Positions 53,667 through 64,000 of a stretch of DNA of 64,000 nt are shown here, piece after piece. The notes under the pieces are model-generated. The model did not search any database and was not told the origin of the DNA. It saw nothing but the letters and a program-made list of their open reading frames with translations. Origin of the DNA: Balanoglossus misakiensis (taxonomy: Eukaryota > Animalia > Hemichordata); contig JBECUI020000030.1 in the NCBI GenBank assembly GCA_040954595.2, positions 248,001-312,000 of the forward strand, read 5' to 3'. Both the position numbers and the translations under genes were made by a program. Numbering within the stretch: the first letter of the stretch is position 1; every line of letters starts with the position of its first letter.

Positions 53667-54140
53667 TTACGTACCCTCTTTGTCTATTTGGCTTTGCATA
53701 ATAGCCTTAATATCATTACTGCATGTACTGCTCTTCAATTCTGCTAGTAAGGTTTTGTTTTCTATTAGTTTCATAATATCAATGATAGCGGTTTCATTGA
53801 GTTCTTTTTTATCCTTGCATGCCAAGGTCAGAACAATGTATATCGGGTCAAAATCGGAATGGCCGAAGGGGATGCTTTGTTTAAGTACGAGGAGCGAAAG
53901 CCCGGTGCCGCGAGCTCCGTCTTCCGGTCGAGCGTGTGGCATAGCAACGCCCGGCGCAATGACGAAGTAGGGACCCAGTTTTGCTCTGATGTTGAGAATT
54001 GCGTGATAATAGTCTGCACTGACAACTCCCCTTTCTTGGAGTGTATCAGTGCCTATCTTGACTGCTTCTTGCCACGTTGATACCCGTTCTACAAACCTGT
54101 ATGCATCGGTAGCTAGAAGGTTTTGCATTATACTTAACAT
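53667..54140 (-). CDS. ulaC: PTS EIIA component
   Basis: GPYFVIAPGVAMPHARPEDG. Confidence 0.88.
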   Translation of the reverse strand: MLSIMQNLLATDAYRFVERVSTWQEAVKIGTDTLQERGVVSADYYHAILNIRAKLGPYFVIAPGVAMPHARPEDGARGTGLSLLVLKQSIPFGHSDFDPIYIVLTLACKDKKELNETAIIDIMKLIENKTLLAELKSSTCSNDIKAIMQSQIDKEGT

Positions 54141-54304
54141 TCCTTCTTAATCTTTGTTACCTATAGTGTAGCATAACCATTAATGAGATGCAATAACATG
54201 GAAAGGTAACTTATAAATAAAATTCAAAAGTAAATCTTTCCCATAAAAGTTCCTGAACAATAATGTCCGGTACATGACTCGGATTTGAGTCAATGGGGAG
54301 GCAT

Positions 54305-55425
54305 CTAATAAGAAATTATTCCACTGCTTTGTAGTACGTCTAGGGCTTTACTTAGAACCTGATCGCTAATCTGGGTTTCATACATAAAAGATTTCAAAAC
54401 AATGTCCGGGGGGATCCCTACCTTAAAAAAATCGAACTCGTCTACCGCGAAGGTGCGATGTTGTGGGAAAGCGATTATCCATCCATTGGGCATTTCTCGT
54501 TTGTCAGCGGCACCGGAGCAGCCAGCAGTAGTAGTTCCAATTACTTTTTGTATTGAGTCGGATTCTCGTAGTATCAGCAGTAGTATCTCGGCAGCACTAC
54601 AGGTACGAGTATTTATCAATACAACAAAAGGTTTATCCTGATAGTATGAAAATCCTTCTGGGGAGATCGTTTCATAGACCTTTTGGGTGATAGTAGGAGA
54701 CATACGTAGTTCGGTAATTATGAAATTTCTTTTTCTTGTTGATAAATCGTGAGCCAACCACTACTGCATTTGCGCCCTGTCCTCCCGGGTTCCCTCGAAG
54801 GTCAATAACAATTTTTTCCACACCCTCACTATGGAATCCTTTGAGAGCATGATCGAGCCTCCTGCCAAGTTCTTTTTTTTCAAGAGCATCCAGACTCGGA
54901 AAATGTAAGTAGCCAATCGGGCTTGTTGTCTCGGTTATTATTCCGTATTGAAAGGCATCCGTAGCATTTATTATGTTACCGGGGAAGAAGACCTTAGCCT
55001 CCGGATAGGCCCAGAAATTTGGTGTATATTGATCAAATTCGTCTCCACGGTTCCTCTTGTGTGCGTTGCACGAACTCTTCTTGATTGATAGTTATCAGTT
55101 TATCGAAATATAAATGTGGATCGCGAATATGGATATAGGCAACTTTATACAAGATGTCTGCCAGAGTTGCCCAAGTGGGGGTAGCCAGTATATCCGGTCT
55201 GAACATATTTTCTATATCTGTCAGGCTTCGTCCGTTTTCAAAAACATAATTTTTGTATGCATACGTCCGCTCCAGTTCGTGAAAAAAGAAATCATAGTTT
55301 CCCAGAGGTGTATTCTCAAAGGCAGGAAAAAACGAGAAGTTACAGCCGATAGTTACAAAAACTATGAACCATAGAGTAGTTATTTGAAATAGTTTAGAAG
55401 CGAAATACGACATTAAGGTTAACAT
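54305..55425 (-). CDS. S41-family peptidase lipoprotein, module D, frameshifted
   Basis: Lipobox VTIG-C; RDPHLY, DLRGNPGG (hand-read), TCSAAE, GIPPDI. Confidence 0.82.
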
Positions 55426-56155
55426 TATTTTGTAGTTCCAAACGAGTATGAGGGGCAAGAAGATATTCAAGTAGACCGGCATACCCAAACTCCAGTAATA
55501 ACCTTGGATAAATTTTATACTGATAGGCAATGGCCATATCAAAGCTAATAAGATTATGAAGAGACATGAAAGAAGGGTTTGAAAAAGTAGGCCATTGTTG
55601 GTTTTGTATCAGTGTTCCCGTATAAAATGGACGCCAGCCTATGTTTAGTATTGGCGTATATATGCTAGCTGACAAAGCGTGGGTTTGATTTATTGCCAAT
55701 CAACACGGCATGTAGCCCCACTCCTGTATATTGCAACCATGTTGTGCGTATGTCATTGTGCCACAGGCTAATGCAAATGTGCTCCCGGTCCCAGAAATAT
55801 GCTTATTTGATTCTTCGCCCATAGCTGAAACAGAGGGGTATAGCTTGCTTTAACGGTACTGCCATTCCCGATCAGAGGTGGAAATTCCGGTGAGATCGTA
55901 CGGTATGCCGAAAGAAGGTTCCCCCCTCCACCCTTAATAAGGAAGCGATGTTGCATTTGAGCAGTACGGTATGTATACTCAATGCCACCGCCGCCGAGAA
56001 TCAGTACCCTGTATAGGTTTGAATATGCAGTATCGGCACCGACACCTGTAAAAAGTGTAGCCGTGAGACGAATTTCCGAATGTAGGAAGTTCTCTTCCTG
56101 GGCAGTAAGCACAGATATGGATGTCATCAATATACAGCATAGAAGGAGCTTTCAT
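55394..56155 (-). CDS. predicted outer-membrane beta-barrel protein, module D, frameshifted
   Basis: HSEIR, YSNLY, GGGGIEYTYRT, RPFYTG, SLHN, VVFRF. Confidence 0.68.
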
Positions 56156-56244
56156 ATATATAACCTGCATTGTAAGAGGCTGTTATCATTCAGTCAATGT
56201 AGTGGGGGATACAAGCTCGGGGATAGAGTAATTATTGCATGCAG

Positions 56245-57357
56245 TTATTCCGCGGCATTGAGAATTTGTATGGCCGTATCTAGCACCTGATCGATGAGAG
56301 CGGGGGGGTCGTGTGGGATAGATTTCTGAACAATGTCGGGGCGTAGCCCTACTTTGAAGAAGTCTGTGCCATCTGCTGTGTAGGTTCGGCTTCTTGTTAT
56401 CCTAATTTCCCACCCATTAGGCATGTCCCGATCTATAACAGTTCCGGTGCAGCCCAAAGTAGGCGTTCCAATTACCTTTTTTATCTCGTTGGATTGGCGG
56501 AGTATGAGTAGTAGCATTTCAGCCGCACTGCATGTAAAGGTGTTTATTAGTACGACAACAGGCTTGTCTTGATAGTAGGAGAATCCGCTGGGTCGAACGT
56601 ATTCATGGACCCTTTTATATTCGCCAGGAGAAACGTGCTTGTCGACAATCATAAACATTTTTTTTTGCTTGATAAATCGTCCGCCTATTTCCAATGCTTT
56701 GAACCCGTCCCCTCCCGGTGATCCCCGAAGATCAATGATCATTTTATCTACACCCTCACGGTAAAAAGTCTTCAGAGTTTCATCGAGATCTCTTCCAAAC
56801 CTAGCCCATCCAGCGGCATCAAGAGAAGGTGTTATTTCTCTAATAAGCATGTATCCGATAGTGGAGCCGGTTATAATTCCGTATTGGATGATTGGGGTAA
56901 ACTTTCTTATGTTACCGGGGAACAAAGACTCTCTTATCGTGTAATCTGGTATATAATCATCAAATTCGTCGCCCCTGATGTCCACTAATGTGCTGTCGTT
57001 TGATGAGAGGTATGTGTATGAAATAGGTGCATTAAAAACAAGCAAATGCGGATCGCGAATGTGCGTGGAAACTATTTTCTTAAATGTTACTGCGAGCATT
57101 CCCCATGTGGGATTTATACGAAGATCTAGTCTGAATCTATCTCGTATCTCCGGCAGCGTTATTCCGTTTTCAAAGCTATAATCCTTGTAAGCATAGAACT
57201 GTTCCAGTTCGTGAAAGAAAAATCATAATTCCCAAGCGGTGTATTCTCAAAGGCAGGGGAAAATGAAAAACTACAGCCGACACTAACAAAAACTATGAAC
57301 AGCAGAGAAACTGTTCGAAACAATTTAGAAACGAAATAGGAGACTATAGCTAAACAT
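56245..57357 (-). CDS. S41-family peptidase lipoprotein, module E, frameshifted near the 5' end
   Basis: Lipobox VSVG-C; RDPHL, DLRGSPGG, TCSAAE, GLRPDI. Confidence 0.82.
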
Positions 57358-58122
57358 TATTATGCAACTCCAGGCGGGCAAAATTTCCTGAAAAATATTC
57401 CAGTATGCCGTTATATTCTAATTCAAGTAACAACCATGAGAAAATTTTATATCGATAAGCAATATTCATATCGAGGTTAATAAAATTGTGCAAAGATACA
57501 AAGGAAGTATCAAGGAAGGTGAGAAGAAAGGGGTTAGTGAACTGTGGTAAATACAGAGAGTCTGCTGAAACTCCGGAATGGGCTGGGCGCCAGCCCGCGT
57601 TCAGTATCGGTGTGTATATACCAGCCGTCAATGAATGAATTGGGTTTATTTGCCAGATTGCTTGTATCTTTAGCCCAAGGCCCGTATAGTGCATCCATGT
57701 AAACTGTACGTTTTTTGGCCTTTCATGCCACCAACTGAGTGAAAAATGTGCCCCGGGACCAATCAGTACAGCTATTGAGTTATTTGCCCATACCTGAAAC
57801 AGAGATGTATAGATTATTTTAAGAGTTACGGCAAATCTTTTGAGGGCGGAAACTCTTTTGTTGCAGGCTGATATGGCGAATACAGAGTACCAGCACCAGC
57901 CCTCATCTGGATGCTATGTTGTGTTCGGGCAGTACGATATGTATACTCAATGAATCCGCCACCAAGGAGTGGAACCTTGTAGAGGGAGGCATATGCAATA
58001 TCAGCAACAACTCCGATAAAAAACGTCGTTCCGAGACGGAACTCGGAATGTTTTTCTATTTCTTGGGCAAAGAGTCCGAAGGCACAGGACAGCAGTACCA
58101 CAAGACAAATAATTCGAAGCAT
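57325..58122 (-). CDS. predicted outer-membrane beta-barrel protein, module E, frameshifted
   Basis: LFAQE, YASLY, RPAHSG, SLHN; removing one T restores ELHNNVSYSLLFRF*. Confidence 0.68.
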
Positions 58123-58192
58123 TTAGTTCATGCTAATAAGAAACGGGGGGAACAGTCAAGCAGCGTATTTCATCCCGGGAAGCCCCTCTGGG

Positions 58193-58214
58193 AAATGTTA
58201 CTAAACTAACATTT
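58193..58214. promoter_or_regulatory. CRP/FNR-like palindromic site between divergent promoters
   Basis: AAATGTTA-6 bp-TAACATTT perfect inverted repeat. Confidence 0.55.
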
Positions 58215-58342
58215 GTTAATATTGTCAATATGAAGTGCTGAATAATTAACAATTTCATACGATCAATATCTGTCTGCTATTGGCATTTTTATTAAAGTAT
58301 AGTATACTTCAAAACTAACATAACAATACTTTGGAGGTAAAA

Positions 58343-59411
<1,069 letters not shown>

Positions 59412-59418
59412 GCAATAC

Positions 59419-60963
59419 ATGGGACAGGGGACAGATTTTTTTGTTGAGATGCTGGGAATAACTAAACGTTTTCCCGGCATTACAGCAAATGATAATATCT
59501 CCTTGCACGTACGGCATGGGGATATTCATGCACTGTTAGGCGAAAACGGGTCAGGCAAAACAACGCTTATGAATGTGTTGTTTGGCATGCTTACGCCCGA
59601 TGCAGGTCGACTGTGTATACGCGGAAAAGAAGTTGCTATATCCAATCCTCAGATAGCAACAGAACTAGGCATCAGTATGGTGCACCAGCATTTTCAGCTG
59701 ATTGATACCTTTACAGTTACCGAGAACATTATTCTTGGTATTGAAAGCAAGAAAAGTTTTAATCGAGTTGATACAAAAACTGCAGCAAATAAAAATTATG
59801 GAACTATCAGAGCAATACGGGCTTGTTGTAGATCCCTATGCACTGATACAAGACATTCCAGTTAGTATGCAACAACGTGTTGAGATACTAAAAATGTTAT
59901 ACCGCCAGGCAGATATCATGATTTTTGATGAACCAACAGCGGTACTCGTGCCCACCGAGATACAAGAACTCATGAAGATCATGAAGAATCTTGCAGCTGA
60001 GGGCAAAACCATCCTGCTCATCACCCATAAACTAAATGAAATACGAGAGTGGCAGACCGGTGCAGTGTGCTTCGTAGGGGAAAGATGATTGATACAGTTG
60101 ATGTTGATACCTGCGACGAGGCAGGAATTGGCACGGATGATGGTGGGGGCGTCCGGTAGATTTCACCGTTAAAAAAGCTGAAACTCCAAAAACCAAGACT
60201 GTGTTGTCGGTACGTAACTTAACGGTACGAAACCAGATGGGCATTACTAAGGTCAAAGGGGTAAGTTTCGATGTCAAGGCAGGCGAAATACTGAGCATTG
60301 CAGGGGTAGAAGGGAAATGGGCAATTAGAGCTAGTGGAAGCCATTCTTGGGGCTTGCCCCATTGACACGGGAACTATACAAATTAATGATACCCATATAG
60401 AGAATTACAATATCCGGCAACGAGCAGAAAGCGGGCTCGGTCTAATTCCCGAAGATCGACAGAAACACGGTCTTGTGCTTGCGTTTACTTTGGCGGAGAA
60501 CCTTGCTTTGAAGCGGTATTACATGGAACCCTATTCACGCCGGGGGATGTTGGAATTTGATCAGTTTGCATCGAATGCAGAGCGATTAATCCAGGAGTTT
60601 GATATTCGTTCGGGACAGGGCATACATACAATAGTGGGAATGATGTCGGGAGGGAATCAGCAGAAGGCCATCATTGCACGAGAAATTGATAATACGCCGC
60701 CAGTTCTTCTTGTTGTACAACCGACACGTGGGCTGGACGTTGGTGCCATTGAGTATATTCATAAGAGGATTGTGCGGGAACGAGACAAGGGTAAAGCGGT
60801 TTTACTTGTGTCGATGGAACTTGATGAGGTAACGATGCTTTCCGATCGAATAGCAACGATCTACAATGGTGAAATTGTTGGAATAGTTGATGGAAAGGAT
60901 GTGGATACAACACAACTAGGATTGATGATGATCGGTGAAGTAAGTGGAGATGGAAAGGCATGA
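59419..60963 (+). CDS. nucleoside-type ABC ATP-binding protein, frameshifted
   Basis: GENGSGKT, MVHQHF, DEPTAVL, SGGNQQK, QPTRGLDVGA. Confidence 0.88.
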
Positions 60964-62096
60964 AGGCAAAAAAGGGTATACTACATTCGATAGTACATAA
61001 TGATGTATTATGGATCCCATTGATAGCGGTTATTAGTGGGCTATTTTGCGGTATAATTCTTATGCTGATAACGGGCTATAATCCGTTTGATTTGTTTGCT
61101 GCATTACTACGCGGAACCTTTGGTCTGAGGTTCGATTCTGCAACTAGCTTTTTTAATCCTCGTTATATTGGAGAATTCCTTGTAAGGGTTATTCCTATTA
61201 CATTAACAGGTCTTGCAGTAGGATTTTCTTTTCGTACCGGGTTGTTTAATATCGGGGCGGAAGGACAGTTGATTATGGGATCTTGGGCAGCAATTACAGT
61301 TAGTTTTCTTGCATCTGCCTTGCCTGCATTTCTACTGCTTCCGCTTCGTACTGATTAGCAGTATAGTGGCAGGGGCACTGTGGGGGTTTGTACCGGGATT
61401 CTTGAAGGCGCGCTTTAGCATACATGAGGTTGTTGTAACAATAATGCTCAATTATGCGGCATTGTATTTTACGAACTATGCATACATGTTATTACCACAT
61501 GTTAGTACTGCAAGGACCCTTGATGTACCGGATGCTGCAATACTGCATAGTGACTGGCTTGCATCCATTACCAATAATTCACGATTACATTGGGGTCTTA
61601 TTGTTCTTATTTTTGCCATTATCATGTATTGGTTTATTATGGAACGGACAGTCTTCGGTTACGAACTGCGTGCGACCGGGTTTAATAAAGATGCAGCTCG
61701 ATATGCCGGGATACAGGTTACTCGGAAGATTACCTTATCTATGATGATTCCGGTGGTTTTGCCGGTCTTGCGGGCGCTATGATTGCAGTGGGAACATTTA
61801 GTTATGGACGAGTCTTGTATAGCTTTGAAAATTATGGCTTTGATGGCATAGCGGTTTCCCTTATTGGCAGTAATACCGCCTCCGGCATTCCAATGGCCGG
61901 TGTTTTGTTTGCTTCGCTCAAGTCAGCACAGCCAATTATGCAGACCCGAGGAATCCCGCGAGACATTATTGATATTGTTATTGCCATTGTCATATTGATG
62001 GTTGCTATGCAGTATGGCATTAAGAAAATACGTGCATATCTTTTGTCTCGTTACAAGCAAAAGCAGGCGGAGGAAAAAGTGGGGACGAATACATGA
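60960..62096 (+). CDS. nucleoside-type ABC permease 1, frameshifted
   Basis: GLFNIGAEGQ, HEVVVTIMLNY, GFDGIAV. Confidence 0.85.
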
Positions 62097-63043
62097 ACGA
62101 AACATATGCAGTTATTACTCTTGCTTTAATTTTTCCACCCCAATTATTATAACGGCACTGGGAGGACTGATTTCAGAACTCAGTGGGGTTACCAACATTG
62201 CTTTAGAAGGGTTAATGATGATCGGTGCGTTTGCTTCGGCGACCGTGGTTGTTTTTCTCGAAACGACTATGGGTAATAGTGCCCCTTGGGTGTCTTATTG
62301 GTTGGCATGGTTATGGGAATGATTTTTGCTGCCATCCATGGTTACATAAGTGTGTATTTGCATGGGATCAAATAGTATCGGGTACTGGGATAAACTTTTT
62401 AGCGGTTGGTATTACCGTATATTTCTGTCAGATTATCTTCAATCAGCAACGAACACAGGTATTTACCCGCGGCTTTATAAAGAGTACATTCCCCGGGTTG
62501 TCCGACATCCCCATTATCGGCCCTATATTCCTTTGCAAACATATATACAACTGTTTTTGTTGCATTCATTCTTGTTGTCATTGTATGGTTTATTATTAAC
62601 AAGACTGTTATTGGGCGCGATTAAAAGCATCCGGAGAACATCCCCATGCTCTGGGAAAGCGCTGGAATTAATGTGTATCGCTTACGATTTATAGCGGTAC
62701 TGGTATCCGGGGCATTGGCGGGTCTGTCCGGAGGCATTATGGTGCTTACGCAGGATACGCAGTATACCGTGCTGAGTATCCATGGAACCGGATTTATAGC
62801 ACTTGCTACCATGATTTTCGGTAAGTGGAGAGTTTCGGGATCCTTGGTGCCGGAATTTTGTTTGGCTTTCTTCAAGTTCTTGCAGTATATTCCACGAGTA
62901 TACCGGGACTACGTGTAATTCCACAGGAAATATTCAAAATTTTCCCCTATCTTCTTACGGTATTGGCAATGGTAGCATTCAGTCGTAATAACGTTGCGCC
63001 TAAAACGGTCGGGCAACCGTACGATAGAGAAAGTAGTAAATAA
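62093..63043 (+). CDS. nucleoside-type ABC permease 2, frameshifted
   Basis: SELSGVTNIALEGLM, DQIVSGTGIN, GFIALATMIFGKW, PYLLT. Confidence 0.85.
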
Positions 63044-63120
63044 TAGCTACCTTGTAGTATTACTTTGTATGCTATAGTATAATTAACGTATCATCTGTAA
63101 TTATGAGAAGCGGGAGAACT

Positions 63121-64000
63121 ATGAAAGATAGTATTCATACCATTATCTCAGACATCCCTCGGCAGTTGTATATCAATGGAGAATGGGTCACAAGTGGTGA
63201 AGTCTTTTCTGTTGTTAATCCCGCGACCGAAAAAGAAATTACAACTGTTTCAAGTGCAGGGATAGAAGACGCTCATGCTGCTGTGCAGGCAGCTAGCACT
63301 GCTTTCAGCGAGTGGTCTGCATATAAGCCACGAGACAGATGCGAAATACTCCGTTTGATATTTGAAAAAATAATTGAAATGGAAAAAGACTTGGCAACTG
63401 TTATCACCTTGGAGCATGGAAAATCCCTGTCTTCTTCTATTCGTGAGGTACGTTATGCCGCAGAGTTTTTTAGATGGTTTAGCGAAGAGGGGTGCGCAAT
63501 ATCGGGCATTATTATCGTTCACCTACCACAGATGCCGATATTGTAGTACGACATACAGCCGCTGGGGTCGCCCTATTAATTACACCCTGGAATTTTCCCC
63601 TTGCTATGGGAACCCGAAAGATTGCCCCGGCATTAGCAGCTGGATGTTCAGTCATAATAAAACCAGCAACGAATGCCCCTCTGGCAACACTTCTACTTAC
63701 ACGAATACTGGAAGATGCCGGACTCCCGGCTGGAGTAGTTAATGTGCTTCCCTGTAATCAGCCAGCCGCCGTTATCCCATCAATACTACGCTCGCCCGCT
63801 GTACGGGTTGTATCATTTACCGGTTCAACGGAAGTAGGGCGAACATTGATACAAAGAGCAGCCGAAACAGTTACCAACTGTTTCGATGGAACTAGGCGGA
63901 AATGCCCCTTTTATCGTATTGGAAGATGCGGATATTGAAGCCGCTGTAGAAGGAGCATTACTTGCTAAGATGAGAAACATAGGGGAATCCTGTGTGGCTG
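63121..64000 (+). CDS. NAD(P)-dependent succinate-semialdehyde dehydrogenase-like aldehyde dehydrogenase, frameshifted and cut by the window end
   Basis: [35 protein letters not shown]. Confidence 0.85.

Noticed and set aside
41583-58122. Diversity-generating retroelement or integron as the source of module variation
   Set aside because: No reverse transcriptase, integrase or attC-like sites seen; differences are not adenine-specific and include indels

Overview
AT-rich bacterial chromosomal window, probably from a spirochaete. This is inferred from the 'FA-x-G' binding-protein signal peptides, the BMP-family ABC system and spirochaete-style lipoboxes. The catabolic gene set suggests a host-associated lifestyle. 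Most of the window is a patchwork of uptake and catabolism cassettes: ribose-type ABC with pseudouridine psuKG, sulfatase with TctAB(C'), a Tm-1-like/PEP-hydrolase pair, sugar ABC with GH38 mannosidase, ChvE-type ABC with xylA/xylB, opine dehydrogenase with Na+ symporter and enolase-superfamily epimerase, an ascorbate-type PTS, and a BMP nucleoside ABC. A stand-alone GmrSD-like restriction gene is also present. The most unusual feature lies at 41.6-58.1 kb: five diverged copies of a two-gene module encoding a small predicted outer-membrane beta-barrel ending in FRF and an S41-family lipoprotein peptidase. All copies share a ~32-bp gene overlap and have their own TTGACT promoter with no Shine-Dalgarno sequence. 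Nested among them is a 1071-aa protein of 19 TPR repeats fused to a Cys/His HNH-like domain. Three blocks are bracketed by direct duplications of gene 3' ends or of a promoter, with no transposase or integrase visible. Many genes at 19.5-27 kb and 51-64 kb carry single-base frameshifts, mostly in homopolymers, which are probably sequencing errors. No rRNA, tRNA, CRISPR array or intact mobile element was recognised. All family assignments come from motif recognition by eye, not database searches.
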